Assembly: GCA_045538895.1 (NCBI GenBank)
Contig: JAZQEH010000078.1
Span: forward strand, 7,586 to 71,585
From: Eubacteriales bacterium
Lineage (GTDB): Bacteria; Bacillota; Clostridia; Oscillospirales; CAG-272
Reading direction: 5' to 3'
DNA: 64,000 bases
The notes beneath the pieces are model-generated. The model saw only the letters and a program-made list of their open reading frames with translations, made no database searches and had not been told where the DNA came from. Both the position numbers and the translations under genes were made by a program. Below, piece by piece: positions 1 through 7,608 of this stretch. Position 1 is the first letter of the stretch. Each line of letters begins with the position of its first letter.

Positions 1-444
1 ATTGCCCGTGCTGGAGCTAATTATTCGATAGGCGATATAGATATTAATATTTTTGCTCCTGATGACAGTTATGACACTACTGATTTAAATAATATGAGTG
101 TTGTAGCAAAGGTTGATATTGGTGATGTTTCATTCATGTTTACCGGTGATGCCGAGGAACCATCTGAAATCAGCATGTGTAACGGTGGTTATGCTTTGGA
201 TGCAGATATATTAAAAGTTGCTCACCACGGTTCAAGCACTTCTACTACCGATGCGTTTTTGAATGCAGTCACACCTGAAGTTGCTATAATATCCGCAGGC
301 GAGAATAACGATTACGGTCATCCGCATGCCGAAACCATGAGTAAACTTAACGGTGCCAAGATAAATACATATATAACATATACTGTCGGAAGTATTGTGG
401 TTGGTACTGACGGTATAACTTATCAGATCGTAACAGAAAAGTGA
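1..444 (+). CDS. ComEC/Rec2-type metallo-beta-lactamase-fold domain protein, C-terminal fragment (5' end outside window)
   Basis: Frame 1 is open from base 1 to the TGA at 442-444. The tail carries LKVAHHGSSTS and GENNDYGHPH, typical of the ComEC C-terminal MBL domain. Confidence 0.7.
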   Translation: MARAGANYSIGDIDINIFAPDDSYDTTDLNNMSVVAKVDIGDVSFMFTGDAEEPSEISMCNGGYALDADILKVAHHGSSTSTTDAFLNAVTPEVAIISAGENNDYGHPHAETMSKLNGAKINTYITYTVGSIVVGTDGITYQIVTEK

Positions 445-467
445 TGTGCATTTGCACATCACTTTTT
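441..467. terminator. Rho-independent terminator shared by convergent genes (ComEC-like / spo0A)
   Basis: Perfect 10-bp stem GTGATGTGCA/TGCACATCAC followed by TTTTT. It is flanked by A/T runs on both sides and lies between convergent stop codons. Confidence 0.7.
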
Positions 468-470
468 ATA

Positions 471-1256
471 TTAAAACAGTTTTAATTTCAGCCGCAAGTT
501 GTCTGCTATCATAGCAATGAATTCGCTGTTTGTAGGTTTGCCACGGTTATTCTGAATGGTATATCCGAAATACGAGTTCAAGGTGTCTACATCGCCTCTG
601 TCCCATGCTACTTCAATAGCGTGACGAATGGCACGTTCCACCCGGGAAGTGGTGGTGGAAAATTTCTTTGCAACGGAGGGGTAGAGAACTTTAGTTACTG
701 AATTTATAATTTCACTGTCGTTGATTGTCATTAAAATAGCGGTACGTAAGTATTGATAGCCTTTAATGTGTGCAGGTACGCCGATTTGATGAATAATTTG
801 TGTTACTTGTGTTTCAAGGTCGGCGGTTGGTTTTTGCATATTATCAACTGACTGAACCAGATGAGGCTTAGAACGTCTTGTAGTGATAGCGTCTATATGT
901 TCGATAAGGCTTGTGTAATTGTACGGTTTGAGCAAACAGAGTTCTGCTCCAAGATTGGTGGCCTCTACAAACAGATTCTGATTTGCCACCATGGATACTA
1001 CAATAAACGATGTAGGAAGGTCTTTGCCAAAGTCTATGCTTCTGCTGTTTCTGAGTACTCCGATACCGTCGAGTTTGGTCAGCCAAATGTCGATGATGGC
1101 AATATCCGGATGTAAGCGTGATATTTTTAGAATAGCATCATCTCCGTTTGTAGCTATTTCTACGTTTCTGTATCCCGCACGGTATAGGTTTTCTTTTAAA
1201 TAATTTCGTTGTTCGGCATTTTCATCGGCAATAAGAATTTTAGTATTCAGTTCCAT
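471..1256 (-). CDS. spo0A: Sporulation master regulator Spo0A (response regulator)
   Basis: Receiver domain ([18 protein letters not shown]) plus the diagnostic Spo0A C-terminal domain ([47 protein letters not shown]). Confidence 0.97.
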   Translation of the reverse strand: MELNTKILIADENAEQRNYLKENLYRAGYRNVEIATNGDDAILKISRLHPDIAIIDIWLTKLDGIGVLRNSRSIDFGKDLPTSFIVVSMVANQNLFVEATNLGAELCLLKPYNYTSLIEHIDAITTRRSKPHLVQSVDNMQKPTADLETQVTQIIHQIGVPAHIKGYQYLRTAILMTINDSEIINSVTKVLYPSVAKKFSTTTSRVERAIRHAIEVAWDRGDVDTLNSYFGYTIQNNRGKPTNSEFIAMIADNLRLKLKLF

Positions 1257-1391
1257 AAGTTGTATTCATGCTCCTTTTTTTCATATATAAAGATTTTACG
1301 ATATTATATTACCATATTATGGTAAAAAATACAAGTAAAATGGAAAACAAACTTTACCAAAATTTTACTGCTATTATTGGAAAAATACAAC

Positions 1392-1431
1392 AAAAAAACT
1401 TACCGCCTTTGTCGAAACAAAGCACGGTAAG
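1392..1431 (-). terminator. Rho-independent terminator downstream of the 129-aa ORF, upstream of spo0A
   Basis: On the minus strand, CTTACCG(tg)CTTTG-tttcga-CAAAG(g)CGGTAAG is followed by TTTTTTT. The loop region contains TTCGACA. Confidence 0.7.
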
Positions 1432-1445
1432 TCGATATTAGTAAT

Positions 1446-1835
1446 TTAATTACAATGGCTGCATTTTCCGGTAAACTCATCGCTTAAATTCATTTCGAAA
1501 ACTCCGTTTCCGATTTCTTTAAAACCGATGGCGCGAATCAGAGTCAGATCACCGGAAGTTGCAAAGCAACGAGCAATATGGAATCCGCACAAATCTATGT
1601 AATTGAGAGCGCCACGTGACATTATAAACATTGCCTCAAAGTCATTAATGCTGGGCTTTGCACGAAGGTCAGTGAGGGTTGCTGTTCCGCCACTTACCTC
1701 AAATTGGCAAAAACCGATAAAAATATCGTCATCGTATGCGGAAAAAGCAAGAGCATCCGGATTGAAAGCGGCACCGCATATGTCGCCGAGTTCTTTTTGC
1801 ATGGCTTTATCAAGTATAGGTTTAACAATAAGCAT
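1446..1835 (-). CDS. Hypothetical 129-aa protein (possibly a degenerate GNAT-like fold), C-terminal CSHC
   Basis: Clean ORF with its own terminator, lying 9 nt downstream of rluB. I can identify no diagnostic catalytic motif. Confidence 0.55.
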   Translation of the reverse strand: MLIVKPILDKAMQKELGDICGAAFNPDALAFSAYDDDIFIGFCQFEVSGGTATLTDLRAKPSINDFEAMFIMSRGALNYIDLCGFHIARCFATSGDLTLIRAIGFKEIGNGVFEMNLSDEFTGKCSHCN

Positions 1836-1844
1836 TATTTATCC

Positions 1845-2576
1845 TCACTTTGTGTTGTTCTTTATACTTTTAAGATATTTAATCTGTGATTTATCCAAAA
1901 AACGCCATTTTCCAAGTGCCAAGCCACCGAGTTTAATTTCTCCGATTTGCACACGGCAGAGTCGGCTGACGTGGAGGCTAACCTGCTCACACATCTTTCT
2001 GATCTGACGGTTTCTTCCTTCGTGGATAGTGATTTTAAGCTTTCCGCCGCCATCGTGTTTTTCGATAATTTCAACATCGGCGCCGCTCGTGCGATAACCG
2101 TCAATAACCATCGGTGCACAAAGCGTTTCGAGTTTATCATTGTTAATTTCTCCACGGAAAGAAACATTATAAACTTTGTTTACATGGTGCTTGGGGTGCG
2201 TGAGTGTATTGGCGAGTTCTCCGTCGTCGGTGAGGAGCAGAAGCCCCTCTGAATTAAGGTCGAGCCTGCCTATCGGGTAAACCCTGCTGCCAATATCGCT
2301 AACAAGTTCAGACACGCATTTTCTTCCACGGTCATCACTCATACTCGTTAAATATCCTCTGGGCTTGTGCAACATAATGTAAATATGTTCGCCTGAAGGA
2401 TATTCGAGAAGCTTACCCTTATACATTACCACATCACTGGCGGGGTCAACTTTGTCGCCAAGTCTGGCAACGATGCCGTTAACGGTAACCTTGCCCGCCT
2501 CAATTTCTGCTTCTGCGGCACGGCGTGACATTATGCCGCATTCTGTGAAGTATTTCTGAAGTCTGATTTTTTCCAT
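1845..2576 (-). CDS. rluB: RluB/RsuA-family 16S/23S rRNA pseudouridine synthase
   Basis: N-terminal S4 domain (MEKIRLQKYFTECGIMSRRAAEAEIEAGKVTVNG) and the catalytic region YPIGRLDLNSEGLLLLTDDGEL. I chose the ATG at 2576 because the ORF-track extension to 2675 overlaps the upstream gene. Confidence 0.9.
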   Translation of the reverse strand: MEKIRLQKYFTECGIMSRRAAEAEIEAGKVTVNGIVARLGDKVDPASDVVMYKGKLLEYPSGEHIYIMLHKPRGYLTSMSDDRGRKCVSELVSDIGSRVYPIGRLDLNSEGLLLLTDDGELANTLTHPKHHVNKVYNVSFRGEINNDKLETLCAPMVIDGYRTSGADVEIIEKHDGGGKLKITIHEGRNRQIRKMCEQVSLHVSRLCRVQIGEIKLGGLALGKWRFLDKSQIKYLKSIKNNTK

Positions 2577-2583
2577 AACTGTC

Positions 2584-3690
2584 CTAACTGAAAAGGTTAA
2601 AAAGTTTATTTGTATTTCTTGCACCAACGTAATTTGCGGCACAAAGCGGGGAAGAGGCAATTTCGATTCCGTCAATCAAAAAAACTATTCGTCCTACTTC
2701 GTCACCATCATATATAGGAGCAAAACGTGGTCTTATAAGTTCTATCCGTTCTACAATGCTTTTTCGTTTTTTCTTCAAACATACGGAAACGCCGTTTTTT
2801 ACATAAACAGAAACCGATTCTGCATCTCCGCCGATAATCGGTAAATCATAAATCACTTTTCCTGCATTGCATAATGTTACATTTTCGTACTGAGAAAAAC
2901 CGTAATCAAGCAGAGCGGTGTGGTCTTTCCAATCATCGGGGGCATTCAGAGTAACCGCAATCAGTTCAAGTCCGTTACGTTCTGCTGCAGAAACAAGACA
3001 TCTTCCGGTTGCTTTTGTAAATCCGGTCTTAATGCCGTACGCACCTTCGTATAAGAAGAGCATTTTGTTGTGATTGGTTATTTTTCGTGTGTAATCAATT
3101 CCTGGGAGAGTAGCATTTTTTGAACTGCAGATCTGACGAAAGGTATCGTTTTTCAATGCATAAGCACTAATTAAAGCGAGTTCACGTGCGGTTGTATAGT
3201 GATTGTCGTCGGCAAGACCGTGAGGGTTAGTGAAGTTTGTAGAAGAAAGCCCTAACTGTATGGCTTTTTCATTCATCATTTTTGCAAAATTTTCGGTGCT
3301 GCCGCCCACTATAATTGCAATCGCTTCGGCTGCGTCGTTTGCACTTTGAAGCATAAGACCGGTGATTAACTCTCTGAGCGTCATTTTTTCCCCTTTTTTT
3401 AAATAAAGGGAAGAGCCTTCAACACCAATTGCCTTTTCGGGAATTGTATATACATTGTTCAAATCACCGTTTTCTATGGCAACTATTGCGGTCATTATTT
3501 TAGTTGTGCTTGCCATACCTCTTTTGAGGTCTGCGTTATATTCGGCAATCACATCGCCATTTGAAGCATTAATAAGAATTGCACATTGTGCCGAGAGAGA
3601 TGGCTTTGCCGCAAATACAGTTGTAATAAACGAGAATGAAACGAGAGCAAATGCTATTATTCTCTTGAAAAATACACCGAATTTGTACAT
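2584..3690 (-). CDS. Serine-type D-alanyl-D-alanine carboxypeptidase (DacB/DacF-like, peptidase S11)
   Basis: Signal peptide, SxxK motif (ASTTKIMT), SAND (SxN) and KTGFT (KTG) boxes. Its position after scpAB matches B. subtilis dacB. Confidence 0.9.
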   Translation of the reverse strand: MYKFGVFFKRIIAFALVSFSFITTVFAAKPSLSAQCAILINASNGDVIAEYNADLKRGMASTTKIMTAIVAIENGDLNNVYTIPEKAIGVEGSSLYLKKGEKMTLRELITGLMLQSANDAAEAIAIIVGGSTENFAKMMNEKAIQLGLSSTNFTNPHGLADDNHYTTARELALISAYALKNDTFRQICSSKNATLPGIDYTRKITNHNKMLFLYEGAYGIKTGFTKATGRCLVSAAERNGLELIAVTLNAPDDWKDHTALLDYGFSQYENVTLCNAGKVIYDLPIIGGDAESVSVYVKNGVSVCLKKKRKSIVERIELIRPRFAPIYDGDEVGRIVFLIDGIEIASSPLCAANYVGARNTNKLFNLFS

Positions 3691-3774
3691 GTTAAATCAC
3701 CGTCCTTAAACAAATATAGTTTTTGCGAAACTATACGTAATATTCGGTATCCGTACAAAATCGGTGTATGAAAA

Positions 3775-4203
3775 TTATTCTTTGCCTTCTTTTTTTGCGA
3801 ATACGTCTTTTACCTTTGAAATAATCTCGGGAGAACGTTCGATCACGGAAACGAGTTTATCAATGGAATCACCGGTTGAAGGGTTGTCAACGGTGAGAAG
3901 TTCAACACTTCCGTCTCTGCCTACAACGAGGAAACCGATAGGAGAAACGCTGATACCCGTTCCGCCGCCACCAGAGAAATTAGCATTCTTGAGAAGCGAG
4001 TTTTTTGTGTCTTTGCTGTTGGCATTATCAGTAGTATAGTCGAGTCCGCCTGAAGCAAAGCCTACTGCTACCTTTGAAACAGGGATGATAGTGGTGCCGC
4101 TTGAAGTTTCAATAGGAGAACCGATTATGGTTTCAGCGCCTACTATATCCTTTATTTTTTCAAGAGAGACCTTGATTATATCATTGATCTTGCTTTCTGC
4201 CAT
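3775..4203 (-). CDS. ytfJ: Sporulation protein YtfJ (GerW family)
   Basis: GAETIIGSPIE...TIIPVSKV...FSGGGGTGISVSPIGFLVV pattern characteristic of YtfJ/GerW. Confidence 0.88.
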   Translation of the reverse strand: MAESKINDIIKVSLEKIKDIVGAETIIGSPIETSSGTTIIPVSKVAVGFASGGLDYTTDNANSKDTKNSLLKNANFSGGGGTGISVSPIGFLVVGRDGSVELLTVDNPSTGDSIDKLVSVIERSPEIISKVKDVFAKKEGKE

Positions 4204-4870
4204 GATTCTTATTCCCTCCGGAGATTAGTTTTTTAATATTGAAAATATCTTTGCCTTTTAAATAATTGTACACTAAATTTATTCCGATGTCAAGAATTTG
4301 CCATACGTTAAGTGAGGCTGAAATAAAAACGTCGTAAACAGTGGTTTGAGCAGTAAAATCGCAGAGAACGTTGATTTCGCCGCTACGCTTTTTGCTTATG
4401 TTCAAATTGTTATCCAAAAATTCAAGCAGGTATACAACTGCTTGTGAAATTATACCGTAGGTTATCGCACAGCTTGCCGCATCATTTGTTCCAACGATTA
4501 CAATGATTTTGGAAATGTCAAGTCGCAGATGCTTGAAGAATCTTGACAGCAAGAGTTTGATTAAAGAAAGTATGGTTGAAATCTTGTCACCGAGCGGTAT
4601 TTTTTCTTCGTCAACTGCTACCGTTTTTCCTTTTGCTGGTGCAGTTGGTTTTTCTTTTCGCTTTTTTTCTTCGGGATAGCCCTTTTTAAATTTTTTAGGA
4701 TTAATCTTTTTTTCTTTTGTCGGGTATAGCGGAATTTTAATACCGAGTATGTTTATTCTTACTGTGATATCCTCTTTAAGGATAATGTCAAATTTTATTC
4801 TTATAAAAAGCAACGCCGTCAAAAGCAAAAGGATGCAGCCTATAATTATAAAAACTGTCAATGGCGTCAC
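4181..4870 (-). CDS. DUF2953-like membrane protein (YtfI-like partner of ytfJ)
   Basis: N-terminal TM helix and a Lys-rich linker. It overlaps the ytfJ start by 23 nt, and the ytfI/ytfJ-type pairing is conserved in sporeformers. Confidence 0.65.
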   Translation of the reverse strand: MTPLTVFIIIGCILLLLTALLFIRIKFDIILKEDITVRINILGIKIPLYPTKEKKINPKKFKKGYPEEKKRKEKPTAPAKGKTVAVDEEKIPLGDKISTILSLIKLLLSRFFKHLRLDISKIIVIVGTNDAASCAITYGIISQAVVYLLEFLDNNLNISKKRSGEINVLCDFTAQTTVYDVFISASLNVWQILDIGINLVYNYLKGKDIFNIKKLISGGNKNHGRKQDQ

Positions 4871-4903
4871 CTCCTGAAGTATTTTAACCGTATCTATGCA
4901 AAA

Positions 4904-5548
4904 TCAATCGGTAGTTTCGCTGTTTTCTGCAGTTTCTGCTGCTTCTGTTGCTTCTGTTGTTTCTGCAGCTGCGTTTTCTCCGCCCATTTCTTTTAAGGAT
5001 TCGAGCAGTGAAGCATCACCGTCATTCAGCGTTGGAAGCTCGTCTAATGAATTAAGACCGAAACAACGTAAAAACGCAGTTGTTGTGGTGTAAAGCATTG
5101 GGCGACCGGGAGCATCAAGTCTTGATTTGGATTCGATGAGTCCTCTTTCTACTAAAGAACTTACGGCATAGCTTGAATCAACACCGCGTACAGTGTCGAT
5201 ATACGCACGTGTAACCGGTTGGTTATACGCAATAATCGAAAGTGTTTCGAGTGATGAAGCAGATAGATTACCGCCACGGCGTATGCCGAGAGCGGTGCGT
5301 ATTTCTCTTATGTAGTCTTCTTTCGTGCAAAGCTGGCAGCAGTCGTCGAATGTCAAAAGCATTATGCCTCGTATAACTTTGCCGCTATTGTATTCTGCTG
5401 CGTACTCTTCCACAAGGTCTTTAACCTCACGGGCTGGAATTTCAAAAACCTGTGAGAGCTTTTCATATGTGATTGGATGGCCGGCTGCAAAAAGAACCGC
5501 CTCCAGTACTTCTTTTGTCTGGTCGGATATTTTAAAAAGTTCAGACAT
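4904..5548 (-). CDS. scpB: Segregation and condensation protein B
   Basis: LEAVLFAAGHPITYEKL and LETLSIIAYNQPVTRAYIDTVRGVDS motifs, located downstream of scpA. It has an unusual acidic E/T/A tail. Confidence 0.93.
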   Translation of the reverse strand: MSELFKISDQTKEVLEAVLFAAGHPITYEKLSQVFEIPAREVKDLVEEYAAEYNSGKVIRGIMLLTFDDCCQLCTKEDYIREIRTALGIRRGGNLSASSLETLSIIAYNQPVTRAYIDTVRGVDSSYAVSSLVERGLIESKSRLDAPGRPMLYTTTTAFLRCFGLNSLDELPTLNDGDASLLESLKEMGGENAAAETTEATEAAETAENSETTD

Positions 5549-5567
5549 GTCACAATTCCTTTACAAA

Positions 5568-6326
5568 TTAAAACTCTGTTATAGGTAGATGGTTGCCGGC
5601 TTCTTCGTTAAACTTGAGCATAACGCTTTCGCCGATGTTTCCACTTTCCTCGTCGTCATCGTAAATAAGCACAGTTCGTTCTTTTATAAGCTCAAGCAGT
5701 GCCATAAACGTTGCAATAAGAGCTGAACGTGAAGTGGCGGAACGCATAACGTGTAAAAGAGAACGGGGCTTTTTTTTGAGATGACCGACAATTTCGGTGA
5801 GTTTTTCGGATACTGAAACGACAGTGCCCTTAACAAGCGGGGAAAGATTTCTTGAGTGTGCGGCTTCAAGTTCACGAAGACGTATTGAAATTACCCCCAG
5901 TGCCTTCTTGAGAAGTTCGGGTGAGAGTCCCTCGGGGACTTCGTTAGGGGCTTTTATCTCATCCTCTTCCTTTTCGGTTCTGCCGCTGTAAGAAGAATAC
6001 ATAGGAGCCAGAAGCTCAGCAGCTTCTTTGGCTTTTTTATAGATAAGCAAAGCCTCTGCAAGGTTCGCACGGGGATCTTCTTCGTCAGGTTCGATACGGG
6101 GAAGCAGCATTTTGCTTTTGATATAAAGAAGTTCGCTTGCCATTACTATAAATTCGCCTGCAAGCTCAAGATCCATTGCACGTGCTTGCTCTATGTACTC
6201 CATGTACTGGTCGCAGATGAGTGAAATGGGGATGTTCATTATATCAATTTTGTTCTTGTCAATAAGGTCAAGCAAAAGGTCGAGCGGACCTTCGTAAACC
6301 TCAAGCTTATAAGTGATTTTTTCCAT
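5568..6326 (-). CDS. scpA: Segregation and condensation protein A (kleisin)
   Basis: YEGPLDLLLDLIDKNKIDIMNIPISLICDQY N-terminus typical of ScpA. Confidence 0.93.
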   Translation of the reverse strand: MEKITYKLEVYEGPLDLLLDLIDKNKIDIMNIPISLICDQYMEYIEQARAMDLELAGEFIVMASELLYIKSKMLLPRIEPDEEDPRANLAEALLIYKKAKEAAELLAPMYSSYSGRTEKEEDEIKAPNEVPEGLSPELLKKALGVISIRLRELEAAHSRNLSPLVKGTVVSVSEKLTEIVGHLKKKPRSLLHVMRSATSRSALIATFMALLELIKERTVLIYDDDEESGNIGESVMLKFNEEAGNHLPITEF

Positions 6327-6337
6327 TTAAACCTCTT

Positions 6338-6991
6338 TTAAAGAAACGGAAGAAATTGTGTAATAAATCCAAATACCATAGTGAATAACCCGGTTACAAG
6401 AGTTATTGGGTAATCGAGCCAACCGAGAGCAAGACATGCGAACAGAGCAATGCTGATATACTGCTCATATTTCATAACACCGAAATAGATTTTATCGGGA
6501 AGGAAAACGAAAAGTATTCTGGAGCCGTCAAGCGGCGGAATGGGGAGAAGATTGAATACGGCTAAGGTTATATTCAACCAGAAAAATTCGTTAAAGAATA
6601 GAGAAAGCATATAAACCGGACCGGTTGGATTTATTATAATCGCTTCGATGCCAAACCTTAATATATACGCTTGCACTACAAAAGCAATAAATGCCATTAT
6701 AAGGTTTGATACGGGTCCTGCGAGTGCAGAAAGTGCCATTCCGCTTCTCGGATTTTTAAAGTAGCGTGTATTGATAGGAACGGGCTTTGCCCAGCCAAAT
6801 CCGAAAAGCAACATGCAAGCTGCACCGATAGGATCGAGGTGCTTTAAAGGATTCAGGCTTAATCTGCCTAAATTGCGTGCGGTTGAATCTCCGAGTTTAT
6901 AAGCCGCAAATCCGTGTGCTACCTCGTGTACCGATAGCGAAAGTAATACTATCGGTATTCGTAGAATGTAATAAAAAACTTCTGTAGTCAA
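6338..6991 (-). CDS. Site-2 protease family (peptidase M50) membrane metalloprotease
   Basis: HEVAHG (HExxH) in a TM segment and NLLPIPPLDG (LDG motif). The protein is polytopic and hydrophobic. Confidence 0.85.
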   Translation of the reverse strand: MTTEVFYYILRIPIVLLSLSVHEVAHGFAAYKLGDSTARNLGRLSLNPLKHLDPIGAACMLLFGFGWAKPVPINTRYFKNPRSGMALSALAGPVSNLIMAFIAFVVQAYILRFGIEAIIINPTGPVYMLSLFFNEFFWLNITLAVFNLLPIPPLDGSRILFVFLPDKIYFGVMKYEQYISIALFACLALGWLDYPITLVTGLFTMVFGFITQFLPFL

Positions 6992-7001
6992 GGATGTTAC
7001 C

Positions 7002-7607
7002 TCACAGTAAATTTGAATATGAAATTATTTCGTTCCAAAGTTGTTGTTTTCCCTCACGTGTTTCGGAGGAGAAAGGGATAATCGTCACATCGTCAGGCAG
7101 ACCGATTGATTTGCGTAAGTCGCTTTCAACCTTTGCCGCTTGCGTTTTGTTAAGCTTATCCATTTTTGTTGCAACAATTATGAAAGGAATGTTTGATTGC
7201 ATAAGCCAATCAAGCATTACAAGGTCATCGTTTGTAGCACCTACACGTGCATCGACAAGCTGAACGATCAACTTAAGAAGGTCTATGTTCGGATTGCTTG
7301 TGAAAAAGCCGTCGGTAAGTGCAGACCATGCGGCCTTTTCTGCCGGAGGTCTTTTAGCAAAACCGTATCCCGGTAAGTCAACAAGGAAAAGCTTTGAGTC
7401 TACCTCGTAAAAATTAATTGTTATTGTTTTGCCGGGGGCACTGCTGACACGTGCGAGCGATTTCCTGTTCAGCAGAGTATTGATAAGTGAACTTTTTCCA
7501 ACGTTTGAGCGTCCTGAAAAAGCAACCTGCGGAATTGCTTTTTTAGGGAACTGCTTGGGTAGACCTGCGGTTATACGCAGATCTGCATTTTGTACATTAA
7601 TAGCCAT
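7002..7607 (-). CDS. engB: Ribosome biogenesis GTPase EngB/YsxC
   Basis: GRSNVGKSSLIN P-loop, DLPGYG and TKMDK. The ATG at 7607 is preceded by GGAGG at 5-nt spacing. The lon-ysxC order matches B. subtilis. Confidence 0.93.
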   Translation of the reverse strand: MAINVQNADLRITAGLPKQFPKKAIPQVAFSGRSNVGKSSLINTLLNRKSLARVSSAPGKTITINFYEVDSKLFLVDLPGYGFAKRPPAEKAAWSALTDGFFTSNPNIDLLKLIVQLVDARVGATNDDLVMLDWLMQSNIPFIIVATKMDKLNKTQAAKVESDLRKSIGLPDDVTIIPFSSETREGKQQLWNEIISYSNLL

Positions 7608-7608
7608 T

